From Terriglobia bacterium (lineage in GTDB: Bacteria; Acidobacteriota; Terriglobia; Acidiferrales; UBA7541): DNA of 64,000 nt. Numbering within the stretch: position 1 is the stretch's first letter; every line of letters starts with the position of its first letter. Both the position numbers and the translations under genes were made by a program. Where the stretch lies: assembly GCA_963819015.1 (NCBI GenBank), contig CAWFUN010000007.1, positions 677,741-741,740 on the forward strand, given 5' to 3'. The notes under the pieces were generated by a model, which was not told where the DNA came from, did no database searches, and worked only from the letters and a program-made list of their open reading frames with translations. Below, piece by piece: positions 10,584-19,630 of the stretch.

Positions 10584-10821
10584 TTTGATTTTTTCGGTGC
10601 CCTACTGGCGAAAACTGCGGCTTTTCAGCGCACTTTCTGCGTGTTTCGCGCGAAGCCGGTACGTCCAGACCGCCGAATGGAATCTTTGGCGTCGGAAGGT
10701 GCCCCAAACGTAGGGCAGTTCCCCAGCTAGGACTTAGTGGAGTGGTATAATTACACTGAGAATATCCGTTGAAAGAGAAAACGCAAGAAGGGTCCGCCAC
10801 AACGGAAATGAGTTAAGGCGC

Positions 10822-11172
10822 GTGAAAACACCCGATAAGGTATTGGTCTCCTCCGGCGCGATTGTCGCTCTCACAACGGCAACGTTTCCTTACGTTAGAG
10901 GCTACGGGACAAACCTATTTCAGATCGTAGTTCTTAACGCTTGGGGTATCGTTGCCCATTTTTCCTCCGGTAGTTTCGCCGACCTTCATCACAGCGTAGT
11001 CTGGCCAGTTGCGCTAGTCCTGAACATGGCTGCATTCTCTGTGGTTGCCCTCCCCTGCTGGGCAGTTCTCCGAAATCGCGCACCTAAGATTGCCGCGGTA
11101 GCGACCATATGCTGGTTATGCCTATACGTCGCCATGCTATTCTTCTTATTCCCCGCAACCGATGGCCCTTGA
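10822..11172 (+). CDS. hypothetical small membrane protein
   Basis: ORF with a GTG start; 3 predicted TM segments; lower-GC codon usage; no recognisable domain. Confidence 0.35.
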   Translation: MKTPDKVLVSSGAIVALTTATFPYVRGYGTNLFQIVVLNAWGIVAHFSSGSFADLHHSVVWPVALVLNMAAFSVVALPCWAVLRNRAPKIAAVATICWLCLYVAMLFFLFPATDGP

Positions 11173-11408
11173 CTTGGGATTTCCAGGTGTAATCTCTCTT
11201 TCGCGGTCGAATTCCCAGTACCGGAATGTCAAGGAAACAGCACAGTAGCATCGGCCTGCGCGACTCCAGCCTCGGGGGGCGACACAAACCGGATCACCAT
11301 CACCGAGCGGGAACGCAGCTGAACATCCCGCAAATTGGGATATGCTATGCCGCGATTAGAGAGGCGAACCGCTTGTCGCTCTCCACACACCTAGATTAGG
11401 GGAAAAGC

Positions 11409-12440
11409 ATGGAGCTGAATACGAGGCCGTTCGGGAAGACCGGCATGCAGATCACGACGGTGGGATTCGGGGCGTGGGCGGCAGGCGGCGGCGGTTGGGC
11501 GTTCGGCTGGGGGCCGCAAGATGACGCCGAGTCGGTTGCGTCGATCCGGCGCGCAGTCGAGTTGGGCTTGAATTGGATCGACACCGCAGCGGTCTATGGG
11601 CTGGGCCACTCCGAGGAGGTCGTCGGGCGCGCCCTCCGTGAGATTCCGCCGGGCGACCGGCCGTTCGTCTTCACGAAGTGCGGACTGATTTTCGATCGCA
11701 ACAAACCGTTCGAGCCGGCGCAGCGCGTGCTGAAGCCGGAATCGCTGCGCAAAGAGGTGGAGATTTCTCTGCAGCGGCTCGGAGTCGAACGGATCGACCT
11801 CTATCAATTTCACTGGCCGGATGAAAGCGGCGTGCCGGTGGAGGATTCTTGGGGAGAGATGGCGCGGCTTGCTGAGGAAGGGAAAATTCGCGCGGCGGGC
11901 GTTTCCAATTTCGATGTTCCGCTGCTCGAGCGTTGCGAACGAATCCGGCACGTGGATTCGCTTCAACCGCCGTTTTCGCTGATCCGGCGGAAAGCCGCGG
12001 AAGACGTGATTCCGTGGTGCGCGGCTCACTCCACGGGCGTGATCGTCTATAGCCCTATGCAATCGGGAATACTGACGGATTCGTTCACGGCGGAGCGCGT
12101 CGCGAAACTCGCGGACGACGACTGGCGGAAGCGCGCGCCGTACTTTCAGCAGCCTGCATTGAACCAGGGCCTGCAACTGCGCGATGCGCTGCGTCCGATC
12201 GCAAAGCGGCACAACACGGCGGTCGCTTCCATTTCGGCGGCTTGGACGCTGGCTTGGCCCGGCGTGAGCGCAGCCATCGTGGGCGCGCGGTCGCCGTCGC
12301 AAGTGGACGGCTGGATTGGCGCGGGACGAATCGAGCTGACGCCTCAAGATCTCGACGAGATCGAGGTCGCGATCCAATCGAGCCAAGCGGGTTCGGGACC
12401 GAATCGGCCGCCGCGCGCGACCGCCAAGGTGAGCCGCTGA
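11409..12440 (+). CDS. aldo/keto reductase family oxidoreductase
   Basis: 343 aa; GFGAW..GG, IDTAAVYG, LQRLGVERIDLYQFHWPD and IVYSPMQSGILT motifs of the AKR superfamily. Confidence 0.9.
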   Translation: MELNTRPFGKTGMQITTVGFGAWAAGGGGWAFGWGPQDDAESVASIRRAVELGLNWIDTAAVYGLGHSEEVVGRALREIPPGDRPFVFTKCGLIFDRNKPFEPAQRVLKPESLRKEVEISLQRLGVERIDLYQFHWPDESGVPVEDSWGEMARLAEEGKIRAAGVSNFDVPLLERCERIRHVDSLQPPFSLIRRKAAEDVIPWCAAHSTGVIVYSPMQSGILTDSFTAERVAKLADDDWRKRAPYFQQPALNQGLQLRDALRPIAKRHNTAVASISAAWTLAWPGVSAAIVGARSPSQVDGWIGAGRIELTPQDLDEIEVAIQSSQAGSGPNRPPRATAKVSR

Positions 12441-12524
12441 GCCCGGCGGGCGGTTGTCGCAGCGGCCGGATAACAGATCCGCGCCCAATTTCGCACTCGA
12501 CCCCATTTTCGAAAGGAGAACTGA

Positions 12525-12941
12525 ATGGCTGCACCTAATCGTTTGACCGCGTTAGTCGGCCGCGTCCTTGTTACGCCCGTCTTCCTGGTTACAGGTTATA
12601 TGAAGGCCACTCATTTTTCGGCGACGGCCGCATCCTTGGCATCCATGAAGATTCCGCTGGCCACGTTTGCGGCGGCGGTGGCCATACTGATCGAATTGGG
12701 AGGCGGAATCAGCGTGGTTCTCGGATTCAAGACGCGATTCTGGGCGTGGATCATGTTCCTATATCTGATTCCGGTCACTTTCCTGGTGCACTCGTTCTGG
12801 AAGATGTCCGGGGCGGCACAGATGGACAACATGATTCACTTCCTCAAGAACTTGTCCATTATGGGAGCATTGCTGCTATTGGCAGCGTGTGGGCCAGGCC
12901 CATTGAGCCTGGATGAGGCGGGCGGAAAATCCAAGACGTAA
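12525..12941 (+). CDS. DoxX family membrane protein
   Basis: 138 aa with a 4-TM profile and AAGGAGAACTGAATG RBS; resembles DoxX (TQO small subunit-like). Confidence 0.75.
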   Translation: MAAPNRLTALVGRVLVTPVFLVTGYMKATHFSATAASLASMKIPLATFAAAVAILIELGGGISVVLGFKTRFWAWIMFLYLIPVTFLVHSFWKMSGAAQMDNMIHFLKNLSIMGALLLLAACGPGPLSLDEAGGKSKT

Positions 12942-12966
12942 GTGCAGAAGATAGACTGTAAGATAA

Positions 12967-12999
12967 GGGCGAGGACATGCGTTCGCGCTGGTCTCGCCC
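12967..12999. terminator. candidate bidirectional terminator hairpin between DoxX and cydB
   Basis: gggcgag(g)ac / gtctcgccc 9-bp stem with a 14-nt loop; it sits between two convergent genes. Confidence 0.3.
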
Positions 13000-13048
13000 C
13001 TTCCCATTCCTGTTTACCAGACCATCCGAGTTTATTTCCCCTTCAGGA

Positions 13049-14095
13049 TCAATAGCCCTCTCCCGAAGCGGGCAACTTGGTCTTGCCGGAGAAGCGGCGG
13101 TAGTTGAACACGATGTAGCCGGTCGCGAGCGCCATGCCGATCACCCACCAGATGAGCCCTACCCGCAGTCCATACGCGGGGGCCTTGGCATTATGGACTG
13201 TGAGGCCGAAGGATGGATCCGTGCTCGCGGGCAAAACGTAAGGATACAGGCTGAACGCGGCGCTCGTGAGCATGCCCAACAAGTAGGCGCAAGACGCAAG
13301 AAACGCCTTGCGGTCGTCGTGGCGACGGCTGAACGTGAGCGCGGCAATGAGCCCGACGACTGCAACGGCCGGGAAGACCGCGCCCCACGGATGCGCCGGG
13401 AAATTCGGCCACAGTTGCGGCTGAACGCGGAAGCTGACGTAGGTGATCAGCCCGGTCAGTAGCGCGACCAGCCACCAAACCACCGCCGCCAAGGTGCGAG
13501 CGCGCGCCTGGAGTTCTCCCTCCGTCTTGTGAGCAATCCAGAATGCGCCATGCAAAGTGAGGACGGCCAGAGCTGCGACGCCGATCAAGATCGTGTACCA
13601 ATCGAGGACGCCGGGATTCGGCCCCAGGCGAAAATTCGTCCAGAGCGACTCGAAGAAACGGCCCTGCGCGTCGAGGGGCACGCCGCGAACGACGTTGCCG
13701 AGCGCCGCCCCGTAAAAAATTGCGAGGAGAACGCTCGCGAGCGCGAAGCCGCCGTCCCAGAACGCGGCCCAGATTGCGCCGGACACGTGGTTGCGAAACT
13801 CCACGGAAATGCCACGCAGGATCAGCAGCCAGAGAACCATCATCAGCGGCAGATAGAATCCGCTGAAGCTGGAGGCGTAGAGGGCAGGAAACGCGAAATA
13901 AAGCGTGCCGCCGCCGGCGAGAAGCCAAACCTCATTGCCATCCCATACGGGGCCAATGGACCGGAGGATGATGCGGCGCTCCACGTCGGTTCGCGCGATG
14001 AGCAGGTGCAGGATTCCCGCGCCCAGATCGAAACCGTCGAGGACGACGTACATCGCGAGCATTACCGCGACGAGGCAAAACCAAATCGTTTCCAT
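13049..14095 (-). CDS. cydB: cytochrome bd ubiquinol oxidase subunit II
   Basis: Start taken at METIWFCLVAVMLAMYVVLDGFDLGAGIL (TGA-g-ATG junction with cydA); the track ORF extends to a TTG at 14197. Typical CydB sequence. Confidence 0.85.
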   Translation of the reverse strand: METIWFCLVAVMLAMYVVLDGFDLGAGILHLLIARTDVERRIILRSIGPVWDGNEVWLLAGGGTLYFAFPALYASSFSGFYLPLMMVLWLLILRGISVEFRNHVSGAIWAAFWDGGFALASVLLAIFYGAALGNVVRGVPLDAQGRFFESLWTNFRLGPNPGVLDWYTILIGVAALAVLTLHGAFWIAHKTEGELQARARTLAAVVWWLVALLTGLITYVSFRVQPQLWPNFPAHPWGAVFPAVAVVGLIAALTFSRRHDDRKAFLASCAYLLGMLTSAAFSLYPYVLPASTDPSFGLTVHNAKAPAYGLRVGLIWWVIGMALATGYIVFNYRRFSGKTKLPASGEGY

Positions 14096-14096
14096 C

Positions 14097-15479
14097 TCAG
14101 CCTCCTCTCCGAGCCTGCACTGCGCCCTGATTCGGCAATGGGGCCGAGGGCCCCGGAGGCTCCTCGCCGGGACCGCGCTCGATCTCGAGATAGACAAGAT
14201 AGAGAAAGAGAATCGCGAGAACGGTATAGGTGCCGAAGAACCCCAGCAGCGTAAACCACGTATTGCCCGCCGAAACTTGCGATGAGACGCCTTGCGGCGT
14301 CCTCATCAGGCCGTAGATGAGCCAGGGCTGCCGGCCCGTCTCGGCCGTAATCCAACCGGCCGTATTCGCAATAAAGGGCAAGGGAAGCGAGAGCATCAAA
14401 ATCCAAAGCATCGCCCGCGAGTCGTAGAGCTTGCGCCGAAAGAGTTTCCAAGCTGCGATGAGGAGGACGGCAATGAAGATCGTCCCCAGACCAACCATGA
14501 TGTGATAACTGAAATACAGCAGCGGAATCTGATCCGGCCACTGCGACTCCGAAAAGCTGTCGAGCCCGCGCACCTGAGCGCTCCACGACCGGTATGTGAG
14601 AAAACTCAAGGCGCGCGGCACCATCAGCGGATTATCGAGCGTGCGCTTGTTCACGTCCGGCTGCCCGAGCACGGCGATGGGCGCTCCCTGTTGTGTGTGG
14701 AACAAACCTTCCATCGCGGCAAGCGCCGGCGGCTGATAGCGCGCTACCATCTTGCCCTGTCCGTCGCCGGTGGGCCAAAGCTGCAAAAGGGCCGCGACGA
14801 CGCCCACCGTCACGGCCGTGCGCACGAAGAGGCGTCCAAATGCTTCGTGACGCTTCTCGAGTAAATAGAACGCGCCGACCGAGGCCATGACGAAGCATGC
14901 GGTCTGCACCGAGCCGAGCATGTTGTGCGCGTATTGCACGAGCGCCCACGGGTTCAGTATGAGCGACCAAAAACTTGCCAGGCCGAACTGGCCGCTTGCG
15001 TCAATCAAATAGCCGACGGGATGCTGCATCCAGGCGTCGGTCGCGATGATGAGATAGCCCGAGAGCCAGGAGCCGAGAAACATCATCAGCGAAGACAGCC
15101 AGTGCAGTACGTTGCCGAGGCGTTTTTCACCGAAAAGAAAAAGTCCGAGGAAACTCGACTCAAGGAAGAAGGAAAAGACGCCTTCCATGCCGAGGGTTTG
15201 CCCGATTACGCCGCCGGCAGCTTTTGAGAAAACCGACCAGTTCGTGCCGAACTGGAATTCCATCGGGATGCCGGTGACCACCCCCAGGGCAAAACTGATG
15301 CCGAAAATCTTGGCCCAAAAGCGCGCCGCGCGATTCCAGAAGTCGTCGCCGGTGCGCAGCGCGACCGTCTTCAGAATGAAGATGAGCAGCGCCAACCCCA
15401 TCGTGAGTTGCGGAAAAATGTAGTGAAACGTTGCGGTGAAGGCGAACTGCAAGCGGTGTACGGCGAGTGCCTCTTCCAT
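14097..15479 (-). CDS. cydA: cytochrome bd ubiquinol oxidase subunit I
   Basis: 460 aa; N-terminal FAFTATFHYIFPQLTMGLALL, the Q-loop and GxxEFQFGTNW motifs of CydA. Confidence 0.93.
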   Translation of the reverse strand: MEEALAVHRLQFAFTATFHYIFPQLTMGLALLIFILKTVALRTGDDFWNRAARFWAKIFGISFALGVVTGIPMEFQFGTNWSVFSKAAGGVIGQTLGMEGVFSFFLESSFLGLFLFGEKRLGNVLHWLSSLMMFLGSWLSGYLIIATDAWMQHPVGYLIDASGQFGLASFWSLILNPWALVQYAHNMLGSVQTACFVMASVGAFYLLEKRHEAFGRLFVRTAVTVGVVAALLQLWPTGDGQGKMVARYQPPALAAMEGLFHTQQGAPIAVLGQPDVNKRTLDNPLMVPRALSFLTYRSWSAQVRGLDSFSESQWPDQIPLLYFSYHIMVGLGTIFIAVLLIAAWKLFRRKLYDSRAMLWILMLSLPLPFIANTAGWITAETGRQPWLIYGLMRTPQGVSSQVSAGNTWFTLLGFFGTYTVLAILFLYLVYLEIERGPGEEPPGPSAPLPNQGAVQARRGG

Positions 15480-15596
15480 GCGACGTGCCCTCCTGCGATT
15501 GCCGCCCCTGAACGGCCGGCAGATGACAGGCGATTGGGCGCAAGCGAGTCGCGCGGGGCCGCGCGAGCGCGACTGAATCGCGGGTGACTCTAGTTG

Positions 15597-15670
15597 TGGG
15601 CCCGCCAGGACTCGAACCTGGGACCAACGGATTATGAGTCCGCCGCTCTAACCGGCTGAGCTACGGGCCC
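15597..15670 (-). tRNA. tRNA-Met (anticodon CAT)
   Basis: Reverse complement folds as a cloverleaf: acceptor GGGCCCG/CGGGCCC, D-arm GCTCAGCCGGTTAGAGC, anticodon arm GCGGA-CTCATAA-TCCGT (CAT), T-arm CCAGGTTCGAGTCCTGG, discriminator A. CCA is not encoded. Confidence 0.85.
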
Positions 15671-15876
15671 GCTGAATTAAGTTGGCATCCTACACCAAAG
15701 AAAGCCGGACAACCACGTGGGGCAGAACTCTTTTTCCCCCGGCAAAGGAATCGGTGGCATTTTTGCCTGACGCACAGTATTATTCCCGCGGGTCATCCTT
15801 CCAGCCCGCAGGCCCGCAGTCGAAGATATGCCATTTCTGGAATCTGTTCTGTTTAATGGGCTGGTGAACAAATCCT

Positions 15877-16995
15877 ATGCTGCTCGGATCCTTCTCCCGA
15901 GCGAGGTCTTTTTCTAGGTCGTCGCCCCGGAGCCCGCGGTGTGCGTGCGCGGGCGCGCGGACGGCCCCCCCACGCTTGTTCAGGACTGGCTGGCTTGCCA
16001 GCATATTCGCGCTTGCGCTCTTTGTGAGCAGCTCGGGCTGCGGGACGCTTTCATCCCAAAGCCAAGCCCCTCCATCACAAGGAACAAGTCCGCCCCCGGC
16101 TCAGCAGCAATCCTCGGGCGAGCTTACGACCGGCTCGACGTCACTCAGTTTGGGCAATGCGGTGGTCGGGACGCGGAACACGGCGGTCGTCGTGGCGCAG
16201 AATGTGGGATCCGGCGCCGTGACTCTCTCACAGGTCATCGTCACAGGAACCGGTTTTGCGGCTGCGGCACCAGCGCTGCCCGTCACGGTCTCCCCGGGGG
16301 CGACCATCAGCATCACGTTCCAGTTCACGCCGCAATCCAGCGGGCCTGCGTCGGGAACCGCCACGCTGCTCGCCACCGGCACGAACCCAACCATCTCCAT
16401 TGCGCTCAGCGGAGTGGGGCTGGCGGCTTCTCTGCGACTGACGGCCCTGCCATCGGCTTTAGGGTTTAATTCTGTGCCGCTCGGTAACAGCGCATCGCAA
16501 GTTGCCACGCTTGTGAACACCGGCAACCAGCCGATTGTTCTGTCTGGTGCCATTACAACGCAGGCCGAATTCAGTGCGCAGGGTCCTTCGCCGGGAACGT
16601 CGTTGGCCCCGGCTGACTCCACGATTGTGACTGTGACGTTTGCGCCATCGGGCACGGGGCTTGCGACCGGGAATCTGCTCGTGACCAGCAATGCCGCCAA
16701 CTCACCCACTGCAATCCAACTGACTGGTTTGGGGACCTCTCCATCGGCGCACTTCGTCTCTCTAAGTTGGCAGCCGGCACCGGGATTCGCGAACACATAC
16801 AACGTGTATCGGGGTACGATTTCGGGCGGACCTTATACCCAACAAAATTCGGTTCCCTTGTCGGCGACGTCATTTACGGACTTTGGCGTTTCCGGCGGGA
16901 CCACCTACTATTACGTTGTGACTACGGTCTCATCCAACGGCGGAGAGAGCCTCTATTCGGCAGAAGTCTCCGCGGCCGTCCCTCCCGACCAATAG
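15877..16995 (+). CDS. Ig-like repeat lipoprotein (choice-of-anchor-D/HYDIN-like beta-sandwich domains) with a C-terminal fibronectin-III-like domain
   Basis: 372 aa; lipobox LFVSSSGC; three repeats of the form L.FGNV..G.......L.N.G....LS......G..F......P..V..G.S....V.FTP...G...G.......S; FN3-like tail YNVYRG...TTYYYVVT. An in-frame TTG at 15976 would give a more conventional signal peptide. Confidence 0.7.
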   Translation: MLLGSFSRARSFSRSSPRSPRCACAGARTAPPRLFRTGWLASIFALALFVSSSGCGTLSSQSQAPPSQGTSPPPAQQQSSGELTTGSTSLSLGNAVVGTRNTAVVVAQNVGSGAVTLSQVIVTGTGFAAAAPALPVTVSPGATISITFQFTPQSSGPASGTATLLATGTNPTISIALSGVGLAASLRLTALPSALGFNSVPLGNSASQVATLVNTGNQPIVLSGAITTQAEFSAQGPSPGTSLAPADSTIVTVTFAPSGTGLATGNLLVTSNAANSPTAIQLTGLGTSPSAHFVSLSWQPAPGFANTYNVYRGTISGGPYTQQNSVPLSATSFTDFGVSGGTTYYYVVTTVSSNGGESLYSAEVSAAVPPDQ

Positions 16996-17024
16996 GAAGT
17001 GGAATTGCCGCGGTCTTGACTGCC

Positions 17025-19307
17025 CTAGGGAACTATTGCCGTGGCCATGTTTGAGTCGGTGCTTTCGACGCTCTTGCTATCCACAGCGGTGACGACGTAG
17101 TAGTAGGTCGTGCTGCCCTGCACGGTGCTATCCGTGTAGTTCAAGCCCGTGACCAGCGAAGGGTTGATCTGAACGTAGTTGGTTCCTGACATCGTCGAGC
17201 GATAGACGTTGTACCCAGACACGCTTGACGTGCTCGCCGTCCACCCAAGCGTGACGGAGTGCTGCACGGCAGCGACGCCCGTGCCCGTCACCGCGATCGT
17301 GGCCGGCGAAGCGGTCGCATTGCTGGTAATCGTCACCGTCCCGCTCGCCGCGGTCGTTCCTGTGGGGGCAAACGTCAAGGTCAGAGGCACGGTTTGCCCA
17401 GGGGTCATCGTCACCGGCGGCGTGACTCCGCTGGTGCCGAAGCCCGTGCCCGTCACCGCCAACTTTGAAATCGTCAAGTTTGAATTGCCGGTGTTGGACA
17501 GGGTCACCGTCTGCGTGCCTGTCAAGCCGTCGGTGACGTTGCCAAAACTCACGCTGTTCGAGCTGATGCCCAGAACGAACGTCGCAGCAACGCCGGTCCC
17601 CGTGAGAGGAATCGCGGTCGGCGATGTCGCCGCGTTGCTCACCAGCGAAACGCTTCCACTGACCGTCGTCGTTCCCGTCGGAGCAAAGTTCACGTTGAAC
17701 GTCGAGGAAGCACCCGCCGCAAGATTCAGCGGCAGCGTGAGCCCGGACACGCTGTAGCCCGCCCCGCTCGGCGTCGCCGTTGAAACCGTCAGCGTCGCGT
17801 TGCCCGTATTCTTCACCGTAATCGTCTGCGAGTTCGTCGTGCCGTCCACGACATTCCCAAAGCTCACGCTGGACGGGGTCACGCTGATTTGAGGCGCAGG
17901 AGCCGCGGCGCCGGTGCCCGTAAGGCTCAGCGTCGTGGGCGATCCCGCCGCATTGCTCGTTAGGACCACGCTTCCGCTGACCGCGGTGGTGCCCGTCGGG
18001 GTGAAGGTCACCGAAAACGAACTCGTTCCCCCGGCCGCGATATTCAGAGGAGTCGTGAGCCCACTCATCGTGAAACCTGTGCCGCTGATCGTCGCATTGG
18101 AAATCGCCAGCGTGGCGCTACCTGCGTTGGTGATCGTGACCGTCTTGGCGCTGTTGCTGCCGTCCGTCACGGTACCAAATGCGACCGGGGAGGGACTCAG
18201 CGCGATTTGCGGCGCGACCCCCGCGCCACTCAAAGGCAGGGTGTTCGGAGAGCTGCTTGCGTTGCTCGTCAACGTGATGCTGCCGGAAACATTCCCGGTG
18301 ACGGTCGGAGCAAACTTCACCGTGAGGGTCGTCGAGCCGCCCGCGCTCACGTTTACCGGCGTTGTCAAACCGCTGTCGCTAAATCCGGCACCGCTCACCG
18401 CGATCTGAGAAATAGTCAGCGTCGCCGTCCCTGGATTCGATATCGTCACCGAATGTGTGGCGCTGCTTCCCACGTTCACGTTCCCGAATGCCGCGTCCGT
18501 CGGGCTCAATGACAGTTGAGCTTGCGATGGCGTGACGCCCGTTCCGGAGAGGGCAAGAGACGTTGGCGAGCTGGAAGCGTTGCTCGTCAATGAGATGTTT
18601 CCAGAAACGGCTCCGGCGGTCGTGGGCGCAAACTTCACGCTCAATACTATGGAGCTGTTCGCACTCACGCTCACCGGCGTAGTCAGCAGGCCCATCGAAA
18701 AAGCGGACGATCCGCTGATGCTGGCTTGTGAGATCGTCAACGTGGCATTACCTGGGTTCGAAATCGTCACAGTCTGTGTGCTGCTGGTACCCGTGTTGAC
18801 GTTCCCGAAGGCAGCGCTCGCGGGGTTCAGCGAAATCTGCGGAGCCGGCGCGGCGATCGCGTTTGCCGTCATCGGAATGCTCAGGGGAGAGTTTGTTGCA
18901 TCGCTGGTGAAGTTGAGCGCGCCGGAGGCCGAGCCCATCGTCGTAGGTGTAAAGGTAACAGTGATGCCGAGTTGCGCCCCGCCAGCCAAGGTCGCGGGGA
19001 CCGTGATTCCGCTGAGCGTGAACAGCGAACTGCTCGTCGAAGCCGCAGAAATCGTGATTGAGGAAGTTCCTGGGTTGGAAAGCGTCAGACTCTGATGCGC
19101 GGTCGTTCCCATGGCCACGTTGCCGAATGCCAGCGAAGTTGCGTTGCTGGTCAATTGACCGACGGCGCTTGTGTCGCTGGAATTCTTTGGTCCGGATCCC
19201 AATAAAGCGCATCCGGAAACAAGGCTGGTGAGCGCCAGAGTGGCGGCCAACGCGATCCAACCCCTACCCGTTCTCCACGTGTTCGGTACTCCTCGCATGT
19301 CCGCCAT
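17025..19307 (-). CDS. large Ig-like repeat lipoprotein (7 choice-of-anchor-D-like domains + FN3-like C-terminus); paralog of 15877..16995
   Basis: 760 aa; lipobox LVSGC; about seven ~95-aa repeats (FGNV..G...TQTVTISN.G.A.LTIS...ISG.GFS.SGLT.P......S..L.V.FAPT..G.VSG...LTSNA..SP..L.L.G.G); C-terminal GYNVYRS...TTYYYVVTAVD. Confidence 0.75.
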   Translation of the reverse strand: MADMRGVPNTWRTGRGWIALAATLALTSLVSGCALLGSGPKNSSDTSAVGQLTSNATSLAFGNVAMGTTAHQSLTLSNPGTSSITISAASTSSSLFTLSGITVPATLAGGAQLGITVTFTPTTMGSASGALNFTSDATNSPLSIPMTANAIAAPAPQISLNPASAAFGNVNTGTSSTQTVTISNPGNATLTISQASISGSSAFSMGLLTTPVSVSANSSIVLSVKFAPTTAGAVSGNISLTSNASSSPTSLALSGTGVTPSQAQLSLSPTDAAFGNVNVGSSATHSVTISNPGTATLTISQIAVSGAGFSDSGLTTPVNVSAGGSTTLTVKFAPTVTGNVSGSITLTSNASSSPNTLPLSGAGVAPQIALSPSPVAFGTVTDGSNSAKTVTITNAGSATLAISNATISGTGFTMSGLTTPLNIAAGGTSSFSVTFTPTGTTAVSGSVVLTSNAAGSPTTLSLTGTGAAAPAPQISVTPSSVSFGNVVDGTTNSQTITVKNTGNATLTVSTATPSGAGYSVSGLTLPLNLAAGASSTFNVNFAPTGTTTVSGSVSLVSNAATSPTAIPLTGTGVAATFVLGISSNSVSFGNVTDGLTGTQTVTLSNTGNSNLTISKLAVTGTGFGTSGVTPPVTMTPGQTVPLTLTFAPTGTTAASGTVTITSNATASPATIAVTGTGVAAVQHSVTLGWTASTSSVSGYNVYRSTMSGTNYVQINPSLVTGLNYTDSTVQGSTTYYYVVTAVDSKSVESTDSNMATAIVP

Positions 19308-19630
19308 CCCTTCCGGGAATCCCCCAGGGACCCTATCTGCGAACGCCTCGCTGTCCTTGCTTCCTTCAGGCTAGAGAGTGGGGGTGAGGAGAAACACTGG
19401 TGAGATGGCCCAAAATAGGCCAGTTGGAACACCTGTACGTCCGTACAAGTCCTCCCTACTGGCCTATTTGCTGAGCGGACGTTGGGGGGCAAGAGATAGC
19501 TGGAAGATGGGGCCTCGCGACGCCGGTCTGCCGGGAGGGGGAGTGCTGCGCACGACTCAGGGCACTCGGCCCAGGTTGGCCGGGCACTCGGGGAGGAAAT
19601 TGGAAGATTGGGAGGTTTTGACCGCTGTAA

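Noticed and set aside
11391-12506. 371-aa minus-strand ORF
   Set aside because: Antisense to the aldo/keto reductase.
13191-14254. 245-aa minus-strand and 241-aa plus-strand ORFs
   Set aside because: Overlap cydB in other frames; no domain.
16101-19260. Multiple 160-230-aa Ala/Val/Thr-rich ORFs on both strands
   Set aside because: Mirror frames of the repetitive adhesin genes; artefacts of the tandem Ig-domain repeats.
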